Shown: piece by piece, positions 10,455-21,277 of the stretch
Layout: each line of letters starts with the position of its first letter
How positions within the stretch are numbered: position 1 is the stretch's first letter
Source of the DNA: an uncultured delta proteobacterium
Lineage (GTDB): Bacteria; Desulfobacterota; Desulfobacteria; Desulfobacterales; JAFDCJ01
NCBI GenBank assembly: GCA_963769935.1
Contig: CAVYNY010000022.1
Span: 576,001-640,000 of the forward strand
Direction of reading: 5' to 3'
DNA: 64,000 nt
Notes under the pieces: generated by a model
What the model saw: the letters and a program-made list of their open reading frames with translations, nothing else
Database searches by the model: none
Told to the model about the DNA's origin: nothing
Made by a program: the position numbers and the translations under genes

Positions 10455-11123
10455 GTGAACGCATTTAGCAAAAAACTTCTGATCACGATCGACGGCCCGG
10501 CGGGGGCCGGCAAGACGACCGTCAGCCGGTTGCTGGCGGACCGGTTGGGTTATCGGTATGTTGATACCGGGGCGCTTTACCGGGGGGTGGCGCTGGCTGT
10601 TAAAACCCGGGGGGTTAATCCGGAAAATGATGCCGATATAGCGTCTCTCTGTGGTCGGCTTAAACTTAGTTTTATTATAAATAATAATGGATTGCGTCTT
10701 ATTTTGGACGGGGAGGACGTCACCGATCGCATTCGTTCGCCCGAGATTACGATGCTGGCTTCAACCGTCTCGGCCAAACCGGTTGTGCGGCAATATCTTC
10801 TTGATCTGCAAAGGAATTTGGGCCGCGAAAAGGCTGCCGTGTTTGAAGGACGGGATATGGGAACCGTGGTTTTTCCGGAAGCCGACGTTAAATTTTTTTT
10901 GGATGCATCCACCAAAACCAGAGCGCTGCGGCGTTTTGAGGAATTAAAATCCAAAACCTCCCAGTCCCTGGACGAAGTCGAGCGTGATATGAAGCAGCGC
11001 GATCAAAATGACAGTACCCGTCAGGCGGCGCCGTTAAAGCCGGCAGCGGATGCCATCATCATCGACTCGACGGATCTGAGTGCTGAGCAGGTGGTTGAGG
11101 TAATACTGTCCCATTTGGAGTAG
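10455..11123 (+). CDS. cmk: Cytidylate kinase
   Basis: IDGPAGAGKTT, DTGALYR and EGRDMGTVVFP. Confidence 0.96.
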   Translation: MNAFSKKLLITIDGPAGAGKTTVSRLLADRLGYRYVDTGALYRGVALAVKTRGVNPENDADIASLCGRLKLSFIINNNGLRLILDGEDVTDRIRSPEITMLASTVSAKPVVRQYLLDLQRNLGREKAAVFEGRDMGTVVFPEADVKFFLDASTKTRALRRFEELKSKTSQSLDEVERDMKQRDQNDSTRQAAPLKPAADAIIIDSTDLSAEQVVEVILSHLE

Positions 11124-11362
11124 ATCGGCCGGGGCGACGGGTTGAAAACGGTTGCCGACCCCACTTTTGCCGCCCTGATCGGTTACGGGGATCCGGCTGC
11201 CGGCGGCAAGCCCAATTTCCACTGATAAATACTTTTTTCCTGTGATTTGAGAAATTATCGAAATTAATTATTGCTTTTTTCTACAGGTCTGCTAAAGATA
11301 CCTGATTGTGCAATTCTTACAGGCTGCATGATCAATAATGGCTAAGGGGGTATTTTATTTTT

Positions 11363-13207
11363 ATGGTTACTGTTAACGAAAACGATGTTAAGGACATCTC
11401 AAACCAATCCGATCTTTCCGATGAAGCTACGGACCAGCCTTCAGAAGCTGATGAAGCACCGTCAGCCGATGAACAATCATCCAAACCAACTGTGGCCGAC
11501 AAGCCCGCAGGCGTTGTTCAAGAATCCGGTGACAGCATGGAAGCGGTAATGGATCTGTATGAAGAGAGCTTTAAGCGTTTCGCTGAAGGCGAAGTCGTCA
11601 CCGGCCGGATCATCTCGGTTGATAAGGACCATGTTCTGGTAGATATCGGCTACAAATCCGAAGGGCAGATTCGGATTCAGGAATTCAAGGACGATAGCGG
11701 GAACATCACCGCCCAGGTTGGGGATCCCGTTGAGGTAATGGTGGAATGGTGGGACGATGAGGATGAGCGGGTGGTCCTCTCAAAAGAAAAAGCTGCCAAC
11801 ATAAAAATATGGGATGCGATCAAGAAATGCTACGATGAGGATGGGACGATAAAAGGTGTCATATCCAACCGCGTCAAAGGCGGATTTTCCGTGGACATCG
11901 GTGTCCTGGCTTTTTTACCCGGTTCTCAGGCCGATCTTCGGCCGATACGAAACCTGGACGAACTTGTGGGCCAAAAATTTGAATTCAAGATCCTGAAATA
12001 TAACCGCAAACGCAGTAACATTGTTTTGTCGCGCCGCGCCATACTGGAAAAAAAGAGAGAAGAAAAGCGCTCGAAGACCTTGGAATCCATTTTTGAAGGC
12101 AAGGTCGTAGAGGGCTATGTCAAGAATATTACCGACTACGGTGTCTTTATCGATCTTGGCGGCGTGGACGGCCTGCTTCACATCACCGACATATCCTGGG
12201 GCCGAGTCAAACATCCCTCAGAGCTTTTCTCCGTCGGCGATGCGATCAAAGTCAAAATATTAAGCTTTGACCTGGAAAAAGAACGGGTTTCCCTGGGCAT
12301 GAAACAACTTTCGGTCGATCCCTGGTCCATTGCCGCGGAAAAATATGCGGTTGGCTCCCGGGTCACCGGTACGGTTGTCAGCCTGACGGACTACGGCGCA
12401 TTTATCGAGCTGGAGGAAGGAATTGAGGGACTGATCCACGTATCCGAGATGTCCTGGACCCGCAAAATCCGTCATCCCTCCAAAGTTGTCTCGGTGGGAG
12501 AAGAAGTTGAGGCGATCGTTCTCGACATCAAACCCGAAAATCGCAGGATATCTCTGGGTATGAAACAGGTGGTTCCAAATCCGTGGGATGTGATTGCTGA
12601 AAAATATCCCGTCGGTACCACCATTGAAGGCAAGATCAAAAATATTACCGACTTCGGCCTTTTTATCGGTATTGATGAAGGTATTGACGGTCTCGTCCAT
12701 ATTTCCGACCTATCCTGGATCAAACGGATCAAGCATCCATCCGAGATTTACAAAAAAGGCGACGTTGTCCAGGCCATCGTGCTGGATATTGAAAAGGAAA
12801 GCGAACGGTTTTCCCTTGGTATTAAGCAGCTGCAGGACGATCCGTGGAAATCGGTGGCCGAACGCTACGCGACCGGCAAAGAGATCACCGGCACCGTAAC
12901 CAATCTAACCGATTTCGGCATCTTTGTTGAACTTGAGGAAGGCATCGAAGGCCTGGTTCATGTATCGGAGATCAGCAAAGAGAAGATCAAAACTCCGGTA
13001 GGAAAATATAATATCGGCGATGTTATCACTGCCAGGGTTATGAACATCAATAGTGATGAGCGAAGAATCGGACTTTCCATCAAACGTATGGAGCTTGATG
13101 ACGAACAGAGCCTGTTGAGTGAATATGTCAACAAAATGGGACCTGCCACATCTTCATTCGGCGAAATCCTGCGGGAGAATTTGCAGGAAAAATTAAATGA
13201 AGAATAA
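11363..13207 (+). CDS. rpsA: 30S ribosomal protein S1
   Basis: Repeated S1 domains (VDIGYKSEG, YGVFIDLGGVDGLLH, EGLIHVSE); lies downstream of cmk. Confidence 0.97.
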   Translation: MVTVNENDVKDISNQSDLSDEATDQPSEADEAPSADEQSSKPTVADKPAGVVQESGDSMEAVMDLYEESFKRFAEGEVVTGRIISVDKDHVLVDIGYKSEGQIRIQEFKDDSGNITAQVGDPVEVMVEWWDDEDERVVLSKEKAANIKIWDAIKKCYDEDGTIKGVISNRVKGGFSVDIGVLAFLPGSQADLRPIRNLDELVGQKFEFKILKYNRKRSNIVLSRRAILEKKREEKRSKTLESIFEGKVVEGYVKNITDYGVFIDLGGVDGLLHITDISWGRVKHPSELFSVGDAIKVKILSFDLEKERVSLGMKQLSVDPWSIAAEKYAVGSRVTGTVVSLTDYGAFIELEEGIEGLIHVSEMSWTRKIRHPSKVVSVGEEVEAIVLDIKPENRRISLGMKQVVPNPWDVIAEKYPVGTTIEGKIKNITDFGLFIGIDEGIDGLVHISDLSWIKRIKHPSEIYKKGDVVQAIVLDIEKESERFSLGIKQLQDDPWKSVAERYATGKEITGTVTNLTDFGIFVELEEGIEGLVHVSEISKEKIKTPVGKYNIGDVITARVMNINSDERRIGLSIKRMELDDEQSLLSEYVNKMGPATSSFGEILRENLQEKLNEE

Positions 13208-13256
13208 ATTTTTGAATATCAAAAATTTATGATTAAAATAAAATATTGATGTTTCC

Positions 13257-13302
13257 AGGCGCCTATCCCGTCGCTACTTCCGCGATTTGATAGGCGTCTT
13301 TA
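13257..13302 (+). terminator. Putative intrinsic terminator of rpsA
   Basis: GGCGCCTATC...GATAGGCGTC stem with an inner TCGC/GCGA pair, followed by TTTAT. Confidence 0.6.
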
Positions 13303-13308
13303 TATCCT

Positions 13309-13344
13309 CGCCTAAAATTGTGAACTAATTTTTTCGCGAACTCT
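13309..13344 (-). repeat. Isolated end of the MITE-like element at 14275
   Basis: Reverse complement AGAGTTCGCGAAAAAATTAGTTCACAATTTTAGGCG differs from 14275-14310 at only 2 of 36 positions. Confidence 0.8.
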
Positions 13345-13368
13345 GAATTAAATCCGGAAACGTCCGAC

Positions 13369-13977
13369 TCATTCAAAAATACTTACATCCCCCATGCCTT
13401 TGCGGATTACCTCGGGTTGGTCATTGATCAATGAGATGACGCTGGAGGGTTGACCGGGCACGATGCTGCCGTCAACCACGGCATCGATGCGGTTGCCGAA
13501 ATAGTCGTGAATCAGTGATGCATCGTGGAGGACTGTTCCGTCCGGCATTGTTGCACTGGTGGTCAACAGGGGGTTTTCCAGATCCTTGACCAGGGCCAGA
13601 CAAATTGGATTGTCCGGTACGCGAATTCCCGCAGTTTTGCGTTTGGTCAGCATGATTTTGGGGACCAGCCTGGCGCCTTCCAAAATGAAGGTGTAGGGAC
13701 CCGGTAACAGCCGTTTCATGGTTTTATAGGCGTAGTTTGAAACCTTGGCATATTGGCTGATGTTTTTAAGGTCGGAACAGATAAAACTGAAGGGTATGCT
13801 TTTGCTCCTTTGTTTCAACTGATAGATTCGTTCAATGGCTCTCTTGTTCATGATATCGCAACCGATACCATAATAGGTATCGGTCGGATAGACAACAATT
13901 CCGCCTTTTTTTAAAATATCAACGACGATGTGGATAAGTCGCTGCTGGGGATTCTGTGGATTAATATCAATTAACAT
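13369..13977 (-). CDS. yciO: Sua5/YciO/YrdC family protein (YciO-type)
   Basis: YPTDTYYGIGC, LLPGPYTFIL, GIRVPD and TTSA; N-terminal NPQ-RLI motif. Confidence 0.88.
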   Translation of the reverse strand: MLIDINPQNPQQRLIHIVVDILKKGGIVVYPTDTYYGIGCDIMNKRAIERIYQLKQRSKSIPFSFICSDLKNISQYAKVSNYAYKTMKRLLPGPYTFILEGARLVPKIMLTKRKTAGIRVPDNPICLALVKDLENPLLTTSATMPDGTVLHDASLIHDYFGNRIDAVVDGSIVPGQPSSVISLINDQPEVIRKGMGDVSIFE

Positions 13978-14274
13978 CGGGGCGGTCAGTCACTTTAACA
14001 AATTTCGGAATATTGATAGCTCCTTTTGATTCATCGATCCGTGAAGTTGAATGTTACCCTGTCCCTGGAGCCAGTCGAGGGTCCCGCCTTCGGCGGTCAA
14101 AGATCGTCGGGTTGCCGGACTCGGATTTTTTACTATGGGACTCAACTTGATGTCAAGTTGACAATTAAGGATTGCCAAAGCCGCGACCATTTGCTATTCG
14201 ATTTTGCGTCCTGGTGACTTGGCGGCGAAAATGTTTTATCATAAGCATGGTAAGCATTCACTATTAAGATGCTA

Positions 14275-14432
14275 AGGGTTCGCGAAAAAATAAGTTCACA
14301 ATTTTAGGCGTTGCGGCGTCCGACTGGCAAGGCGCGAAAACGCAGGAATATCTGGATATTCCGAGCTTCCGCAACGCAGCCAGGCGGGATGCAGCGGCGT
14401 TTAAAATGTGAAGTTATTTTTGAGTGGGCCCT
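14275..14432. mobile_element. MITE/REP-like palindromic element (158 bp)
   Basis: Imperfect terminal inverted repeats AGGGTTCGCGAAAAAATAAGTTCACAATTTTA and TAAAATGTGAAGTTATTTTTGAGTGGGCCCT; internal hairpin GGAATATC-TG-GATATTCC; non-coding. Confidence 0.75.
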
Positions 14433-14450
14433 GAGTTAGGGAGGATTCAA

Positions 14451-15914
14451 ATGCCAAAAATTCCGCCTGAAGAAGCCTATTCGTTTGACGATGTGCTGCT
14501 GATTCCCAGTTATTCGGATGTGCTGCCGAAAGATGTCAATATCAGTACGCCGTTGACCAGAAATATCAACCTCAATATTCCTATCGTCAGTGCTGCCATG
14601 GACACCGTCACCGAGGGGGATGCCGCCATCACCATGGCCAGAGAAGGCGGTATGGGATTTATCCATCGCAATATGAGCATCGAAAGTCAGGCCAGGGAGG
14701 TGGATAAAGTTAAAAAATCTGAAAGCGGCATGATCGTAGATCCGGTTACCATCCATCCGAATCAGAAGGTCCATGAGGTATTGGTCTTAATGGAGCAGTA
14801 CCATATATCCGGTGTGCCGGTGACCGAGGGTGAACAGTTGGTTGGAATCGTCACCAACCGGGATCTGCGGTTCGAGACCGATCTTGACAAAAAGATTTCA
14901 GAGGTCATGACCAAGGACCATCTGATAACCGTTCCGGAAGGAATTTCACTGGAAGACTCCAAAAAACTGCTTCACCAACACCGCATCGAGAAGCTTCTGG
15001 TAGTTGATAAAAACGGCCGCTTGACAGGATTGATAACCATCAAGGATATTGAAAAAATAAAAAAGTATCCCAATGCCTGCAAAGACAGCCGGGGACGACT
15101 GCGGGTCGGGGCCGCGGTCGGTGTCGGCCCCGAAATGATAGAGCGCGCCGAAGCGCTGCTCAAGGCCGGCGCGGACATAATCCTGATAGACACCTCGCAC
15201 GGCCATTCAGCCAATGTCATCAACGGCATCAAAGCCCTAAAAAGCACGTTTGACAATATTGAGTTGATCGCCGGCAACGTCGGCACGGCCAAAGGGGCTG
15301 AGGACCTGATCAATGCCGGGGTGGACGGCTTCAAGGTCGGCATCGGCGGCGGATCGATTTGCACCACCCGCATCGTGGCCGGGATCGGTGTGCCGCAAAT
15401 GACGGCCATTATGAACTGCCGTTCCATCTCCAGCAAAACCGGTGTGCCGTTGATAGCCGACGGCGGAATTCGATTTTCCGGTGATCTTACCAAGGCGATC
15501 GGTGCCGGCGCTCACTCCATCATGATCGGAGGACTTCTCGCCGGAACCGAGGAGAGCCCGGGTGAAGTGGTTTTTTTCCAGGGCCGCAGCTACAAAATGT
15601 ATCGCGGTATGGGATCGATCGAAGCCATGAAGAAGGGCAGCAAGGATCGCTATTATCAAACCGAGCAAACCGAAGATGATAAATTGGTTCCCGAGGGCAT
15701 TGTCGGCCGCGTGCCTTACCGGGGTTCCCTTTCAGCCAATATTTTTCAGCTCATCGGTGGGCTGAAGGCCGGCATGGGCTATTGCGGCTGCCGCACGCTG
15801 GATGAGCTGAGAGAAAAGGCACGGTTTGTGAAAATCAGTGCCGCCGGTATGCGCGAAAGCCACGTGCACGACGTCATTATCACCAAAGAAGCACCCAATT
15901 ATCGGTTGGAATAA
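14451..15914 (+). CDS. guaB: IMP dehydrogenase
   Basis: [20 protein letters not shown] pair, [16 protein letters not shown] and VPEGIVG; ATG follows GGGAGG. Confidence 0.97.
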   Translation: MPKIPPEEAYSFDDVLLIPSYSDVLPKDVNISTPLTRNINLNIPIVSAAMDTVTEGDAAITMAREGGMGFIHRNMSIESQAREVDKVKKSESGMIVDPVTIHPNQKVHEVLVLMEQYHISGVPVTEGEQLVGIVTNRDLRFETDLDKKISEVMTKDHLITVPEGISLEDSKKLLHQHRIEKLLVVDKNGRLTGLITIKDIEKIKKYPNACKDSRGRLRVGAAVGVGPEMIERAEALLKAGADIILIDTSHGHSANVINGIKALKSTFDNIELIAGNVGTAKGAEDLINAGVDGFKVGIGGGSICTTRIVAGIGVPQMTAIMNCRSISSKTGVPLIADGGIRFSGDLTKAIGAGAHSIMIGGLLAGTEESPGEVVFFQGRSYKMYRGMGSIEAMKKGSKDRYYQTEQTEDDKLVPEGIVGRVPYRGSLSANIFQLIGGLKAGMGYCGCRTLDELREKARFVKISAAGMRESHVHDVIITKEAPNYRLE

Positions 15915-15919
15915 TATTT

Positions 15920-16282
15920 GGATGTTGTAAGTCGTATGTTATGTGTTGTCGGCTGTCTGTGGCAGTCCGGGTCAGGCATCCAACCACTTCAGAATAGCAG
16001 GATTTCTTCGCAAGTTTATGATATCGAGCAAAAAAAAACAGCTCGCCGCCTGTAAGCGCCAATGCAGTAACTCAGTGCCCAAAATCAAGGTGCGTTCTCT
16101 ATAAAGAAAGCAATTACCGGGCGAGTTTCGGTTATGAGGTGACCGCATGCTCAGCGTGCAGCACGCGTCTCGCTTCCCGCAACACCCACACACAACACAC
16201 AACATACAACTTACAGCGCGCACCGCGCAACCCGCAACCCGCACCTCGTAACACGTAACACGCACCGCGCAACCCGCGACCT
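15920..16282. repeat. Inverted heptamer arrays bracketing a unique core
   Basis: TGTAAGTCGTATGTTATGTGTTGT at about 15925 is near-complementary to ACAACACACAACATACAACTTACA at about 16192; CGCAACC-like units follow. Confidence 0.7.
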
Positions 16283-16313
16283 TATGCTTAAAGAAAAGAA
16301 GGTAAATGACCCC

Positions 16314-19300
16314 ATGACAACAGCCAGCGTCCCCGACTTCGTCCACCTGCATGTCCACACCCAGTACAGCCTGCTGGACGGTGCCATCCGTATTGAAGAC
16401 CTGTTGCAGCGGACAGCCGATTTCGGCATGCACTCGGTGGCCATCACCGATCACGGAACCATGTTCGGTGCCGTTGAGTTTTATGAAAAGGCCGTCAAGG
16501 CCGGCATCAAGCCCATTATCGGCATCGAGATATATGTTGCCCCCCGCAGCCGTTTCGATAAGACACCGCTGGACAGCAAAGGCCTTTCGCATCTGATCCT
16601 GCTGGCTGAAAATCAGGAAGGTTATCGCAACCTGTGCAAATTGGCCACGGCCGCCCAGCTTGAGGGGTTTTACTACAAGCCCCGTATCGACAAACAGCTT
16701 TTAAAAGCGCACAGCAAGGGGCTGATTGGCATGACCGCCTGTCTGCATGGCGAAATTCCGCTGCGGATTCGGGAAGGCAGCATGACGCAGGCCGATGAAG
16801 CCGCCCGGGAGTATCAGGCTATATTCGGCGAAAAAAATTTTTTCCTGGAAGTTCAGAATAACGGCATCGATATCCAGGAGCGCGTCAACGAATCCCTTTT
16901 AGACATGAGTCGCCGGCTGTCGATTCCTCTGGTGGCCAGCAATGACTGTCATTATCTGCAACGAGAGGACGTCCGCGCCCATGATGTTTTGTTGTGCATT
17001 CAAACCGGCAAAACCATCCACGACAACGATCGGCTGAAATTCAGAACCGATCAGCTGTACTTCAAGTCAAAAGAAGAAATGCAGGCCTACTTTAATTCCT
17101 ACCCGGATGCTCTCAGCAACACGGTGGACATTGCCAAGCGCTGCAATCTGGAATTTGATTTCAACACGTACCACTTCCCTAAATTCGATACCGGTACCGA
17201 ACATAGTGCCGACGATCTGTTTGAAGAAAAAGTGCGGCAGGGATTTGTGCGGGTTATGGCGCGCGTGAAAGACAAAACTCCCGGAGTCGATGAACAAATT
17301 TATCGGAAGCGTCTCGATTATGAAATCGACACCATCAAAGAAATGGGATTTCCCGGCTATTTTTTAATTGTTTCCGACTTCATTCGCCATGCCAAAGAAT
17401 CGGGCGTGCCGGTGGGACCCGGCCGGGGTTCGGCAGCCGGCAGCCTGGTGGCTTACAGCCTGGGGATCACCGATCTGGATCCCATCGCCCATGGGTTAAT
17501 CTTCGAGCGTTTCCTTAACCCGGCCCGCAAGAGCATGCCGGATATAGACGTCGATTTTTGCATCGACGGCCGGGAGGATGTCTACAAATATGTGGTCGAC
17601 AGATACGGCGGCGGCGACTACGTGGCCCAGATCATCACCTTCGGAAAACTCAAGACCCGGGCGGTTATTCGCGATGTGGGCCGTGCGCTGGATATTCCGC
17701 TGCGGGAAGTGGATGCAATCGCCAAAATGGTGCCGGATGTGGTGAACATCAGCCTTGACGACGCCTTAAAACAGGAACCGCGCTTGGCTGAACTGGTTGA
17801 AAAAGATCCCAATGTGGCCGATCTGATACGGATCTGCCGCGTGCTCGAAGGGCTGCCGCGCCACGCTTCCACCCATGCCGCCGGGGTTGTTATCGCCGAC
17901 CGGCCGCTGGTTGACTATCTGCCTTTATACCGGGGCAAAAAAGGGGAGGTGGTGACCCAGTTCGACATGAAAATCGTTGAAAAGATCGGTTTGGTCAAAT
18001 TCGATTTTCTCGGGCTGCGCAACCTGACGGTCATCGCCAATGCGCTGGCCCTGATCAAGCGCCAGGGCAAGTCACCGCCGGATCTGGAAAATATCGAATT
18101 GACCGATGCCGATACCTACCGGCTGCTTTCCGCCGGCGACACCACCGGGGTCTTCCAGCTTGAAAGCTCCGGCATGAAAGATTTGCTGGTGCGCCTGAAG
18201 CCGGAAACTTTCGATGACATCATCGCTCTGGTGGCGCTGTACCGCCCCGGTCCCATGGAAAGCGGCATGGTCAACGATTATGTCGCCTGCAAACATGGGA
18301 AAAAAGCCGTGGAATACATGGTGCCCGAACTCGAGCCGGTCCTCAAAGAAACCTATGGTGTGATCGTCTACCAGGAACAGGTCATGAAAATAGCCGGCGA
18401 ACTGGCGAAATATACCATGGCGGAGGCCGATGATCTTCGCAAGGCCATGGGTAAGAAGATTCCTGAAATTATGGCCCAGCATCGCCATCGCTTTGTACAA
18501 GGCGCCCAGGACAACAACATCCCCGGCGAGAAAGCCAAGAACCTGTTCGACCTGATTGAAAAATTCGGCGGGTACGGCTTCAACAAGTCCCACAGCGCCG
18601 CCTATGCGTTGATTGCCTACCAGACGGCCTTCCTGAAAGCGCATTTTCCCGTGGAATTTATGGCTTCATTGCTGACCAGTGAAATGCATTCCACGGACGG
18701 TGTGGTGAAATTTATTGCCGAATGCCGTAATCACGACATTCCGATCCTGCCGCCCGATGTAAATAAAAGTGATATCGAGTTTGCGGTGGATGGATCCCGC
18801 ATCCGCTACGGTCTGGTGGCAGTGAAAAACGTCGGTGAAAATGCCATTGAATCCATCGTTGCCTGTCGCGCCGACCAGACTTTTGAATCGTTGTTTGACT
18901 TTTGCGAGCGGGTGGATCTGAAAAAAGTCAACAAGCGGGTTATTGAAAGCCTGATCAAATGCGGCGCTTTTGATTCCACCGGCGCCAGGCGGTCCCAGAT
19001 GATGGCCGCGCTGGAAAGTGCCCTCGACTACGGCCAGCGGGTGCAGCGGGAGCGCAACGACCCCCAGATGGGGCTTTTTGATCTGGGTGAAAGCCAGCCC
19101 AGCATTAATGCGCCGGCATTGCCCGAAATAGAGGAATGGGACGAGAAGCAGCTGCTGGCTTTTGAGAAAGAATCCCTTGGATTTTTTCTGACCGGTCATC
19201 CCCTGACGCGCTACGAAGATATTCTGGATAAGTTTACCAATGCCGACGCGATCTCCATCAAAGAACTCAAAGACGGCGGGGTCGTCAGAATCGGCGGACT

Positions 19301-19862
19301 CGTCCAAAACATTAAAACTATAAAAACCAAAAAAGGCGACCTGATGGCCTTTGTCACCATCGAGGACATGCACGGGGCGGTGGAGGCAATCGTCTTTGCG
19401 CGGGTCTTCGCGGATGCCAGGGACTTGCTGGTGGAAGATCACGCCCTGCTCATCCAGGGGCAGGTTCAAAAAGACGAGCAATCGGTAAAGATTCTGGCGG
19501 ACACGGTCATCCCAATAGAAAAAGCCGAAGAAAGCTGGGCGGCAAGCGTCCATTTCAATCTGGAAACCAGCCGCACGGACCGGGCAACCCTGACGCACCT
19601 GCACGATATTCTCGAGCGGCATCCGGGTTCCTGCCCGGCGTTTTTGCATTTGCGCAGCCCCGATAGTACGGACTCCATTATCGCCCTGCCGGAAGGTCTG
19701 AAGTTGAAGGCCGGCGGTGCCTTGCGCCGGGAAGTCAACAACTTCCTCGGTTATCGTGCCGTGGAAACCCACTGCAGCGCGGTGCCCGCGGCAGCAGCCC
19801 TGAATGGACTTAACCGCAACAGCAGAAAGGAGAAACCATTTAATGGCGGATTCGGCAGGTAA
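16314..19862 (+). CDS. dnaE: DNA polymerase III alpha subunit
   Basis: PHP domain HLHVHTQYSLLDG, GPGRGSAAGS, MPDIDVDF, KFDFLGL and YGFNKSHS; no intein visible. Confidence 0.98.
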   Translation: MTTASVPDFVHLHVHTQYSLLDGAIRIEDLLQRTADFGMHSVAITDHGTMFGAVEFYEKAVKAGIKPIIGIEIYVAPRSRFDKTPLDSKGLSHLILLAENQEGYRNLCKLATAAQLEGFYYKPRIDKQLLKAHSKGLIGMTACLHGEIPLRIREGSMTQADEAAREYQAIFGEKNFFLEVQNNGIDIQERVNESLLDMSRRLSIPLVASNDCHYLQREDVRAHDVLLCIQTGKTIHDNDRLKFRTDQLYFKSKEEMQAYFNSYPDALSNTVDIAKRCNLEFDFNTYHFPKFDTGTEHSADDLFEEKVRQGFVRVMARVKDKTPGVDEQIYRKRLDYEIDTIKEMGFPGYFLIVSDFIRHAKESGVPVGPGRGSAAGSLVAYSLGITDLDPIAHGLIFERFLNPARKSMPDIDVDFCIDGREDVYKYVVDRYGGGDYVAQIITFGKLKTRAVIRDVGRALDIPLREVDAIAKMVPDVVNISLDDALKQEPRLAELVEKDPNVADLIRICRVLEGLPRHASTHAAGVVIADRPLVDYLPLYRGKKGEVVTQFDMKIVEKIGLVKFDFLGLRNLTVIANALALIKRQGKSPPDLENIELTDADTYRLLSAGDTTGVFQLESSGMKDLLVRLKPETFDDIIALVALYRPGPMESGMVNDYVACKHGKKAVEYMVPELEPVLKETYGVIVYQEQVMKIAGELAKYTMAEADDLRKAMGKKIPEIMAQHRHRFVQGAQDNNIPGEKAKNLFDLIEKFGGYGFNKSHSAAYALIAYQTAFLKAHFPVEFMASLLTSEMHSTDGVVKFIAECRNHDIPILPPDVNKSDIEFAVDGSRIRYGLVAVKNVGENAIESIVACRADQTFESLFDFCERVDLKKVNKRVIESLIKCGAFDSTGARRSQMMAALESALDYGQRVQRERNDPQMGLFDLGESQPSINAPALPEIEEWDEKQLLAFEKESLGFFLTGHPLTRYEDILDKFTNADAISIKELKDGGVVRIGGLVQNIKTIKTKKGDLMAFVTIEDMHGAVEAIVFARVFADARDLLVEDHALLIQGQVQKDEQSVKILADTVIPIEKAEESWAASVHFNLETSRTDRATLTHLHDILERHPGSCPAFLHLRSPDSTDSIIALPEGLKLKAGGALRREVNNFLGYRAVETHCSAVPAAAALNGLNRNSRKEKPFNGGFGR

Positions 19863-21201
19863 TGTTTACGCGGTTTTGCTGGCCGGCGGAACCGGCACCC
19901 GGTTGTGGCCGGTTTCCCGCGAACTGTACCCCAAACAGCTGGTTAAATTCATCGGCAATGATTCCCTGGTGCAAAGCACCATCAAGCGGCTGACGCCGCT
20001 GCTGGACCTGCAAAACGTCAGGGTGGTCTGCGGCAACCAGCATTATCACGAAATTGCGCGTCACATTGAAGATATCGGAGTTGCCTCGAAGGATAAAGTC
20101 ATTCAGGAGCCCAGCGGCCGCAACACGGCGCCGGCCATCTTGCTGGCAGTCTCTTATATTCGTGATCCGGCGGAAAACGGAATCATCTGCGTTTTTCCGG
20201 CCGATCATGTCATCGGCAACATCGGCGCCTTTCACGAGTGTCTGGCAGCGGCCATTGACCTGGCCGGCCGGGGTTACATCGTTACATTCGGGATTCAGCC
20301 CAATTATCCCGAGACCGGATACGGCTATATCGAGGGCGGAGCCGCGGTATCCGACAGCGCTCTCAGGGTAAAGCGTTTTGTGGAAAAACCGGACCGGCCG
20401 ACCGCTGAAAAATATATCGATGCCGGCAATTTTTTTTGGAACAGCGGCATGTTCGCCTTCAAGGTGTCCGTTATTCTGGAAGAATTTAAAAAATACCAGC
20501 CGCAGATGCTGGCCGCGATGGAAGCCATGTTTGCGAGCGACCGGCCGCTTGCCAAAGAAGACTATGATCGGCTGGAGAATATCTCCATTGACTACGCCAT
20601 CATGGAAAAAACCGACAAATGTGTCGTGCTGCCGTCCGATTTTGCCTGGAGCGACATCGGATCATGGAAGTCTTTGTATGATTTTCTGGAAAAAGATGAG
20701 AGCAACAACGTCCTGGACGGCGACGTCATCGCCCAGGACACCCGCAACTGTTTTATCCTCGGTCATGACCGCCTGATCGCCACCAACCGGCTGCAGGATA
20801 TGGTGGTGGTGGAAACGCCGGATTCCATTTTTGTCTCGGACCTCGAGCACAGCCGGGATGTGAAGTCCATCGTGGCCGAATTAAAAAATCGGGGGCGCAA
20901 GGAGTATCAGCAGCACCGCACCGTGTATCATCCCTGGGGCATTTCAAAGCTGCTCGAGCAAAGAAGCGACTATTCGGCGGTCGAGCTGACGGTTTATCAA
21001 AATAGTTTTCTACAACTGCCGAATTCAGATGTTGGCATTTTGCATTTCTTCGTCATGAGAGGGGAGGCCAGAGTAAGCACCGCATCCCAGGAGAAAAGCC
21101 TGAGTTCGGGAGACTCCTTCACGTGGCGGGCACAGGAGCCGGTGCGCATTGAGAACGCCGGCAAGGAAGAGGTTTATCTGCTTCAGGTGCAGTTGGCTTG
21201 A
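19843..21201 (+). CDS. manC: Mannose-1-phosphate guanylyltransferase with a C-terminal cupin
   Basis: LAGGTGTRLWPVSR, EPSGRNTAPA, FVEKP, WNSGMF, SIDYAIMEK and WSDIGSW. Confidence 0.92.
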   Translation: MADSAGNVYAVLLAGGTGTRLWPVSRELYPKQLVKFIGNDSLVQSTIKRLTPLLDLQNVRVVCGNQHYHEIARHIEDIGVASKDKVIQEPSGRNTAPAILLAVSYIRDPAENGIICVFPADHVIGNIGAFHECLAAAIDLAGRGYIVTFGIQPNYPETGYGYIEGGAAVSDSALRVKRFVEKPDRPTAEKYIDAGNFFWNSGMFAFKVSVILEEFKKYQPQMLAAMEAMFASDRPLAKEDYDRLENISIDYAIMEKTDKCVVLPSDFAWSDIGSWKSLYDFLEKDESNNVLDGDVIAQDTRNCFILGHDRLIATNRLQDMVVVETPDSIFVSDLEHSRDVKSIVAELKNRGRKEYQQHRTVYHPWGISKLLEQRSDYSAVELTVYQNSFLQLPNSDVGILHFFVMRGEARVSTASQEKSLSSGDSFTWRAQEPVRIENAGKEEVYLLQVQLA

Positions 21202-21277
21202 AAAGTTAGAAATCTTTTCATTTTCAAACTATAGCGGGCTCAAGCTCTAGCGGGCTTTAACGAGAGAGGTTACGGAC

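Noticed and set aside
11124..11220. tRNA or riboswitch in the cmk-rpsA spacer
   Set aside because: GC-rich hairpins, but no cloverleaf, T-loop or recognisable aptamer.
15972..16592. 206-aa ORF with VAGCAVRV repeats
   Set aside because: It is the translation of the heptamer array plus dnaE antisense.
18666..19772. 368-aa antisense ORF (similarly 8735-9760, 27422-28411, 38993-39799, 36076-36849, 60916-61734)
   Set aside because: Each lies opposite a well-supported gene and has no recognisable motifs; expected from codon bias at this GC content.
21240..21266. sigma28 promoter for the diguanylate cyclase
   Set aside because: TCAAGCTC...AACGAGAG is too far from consensus.
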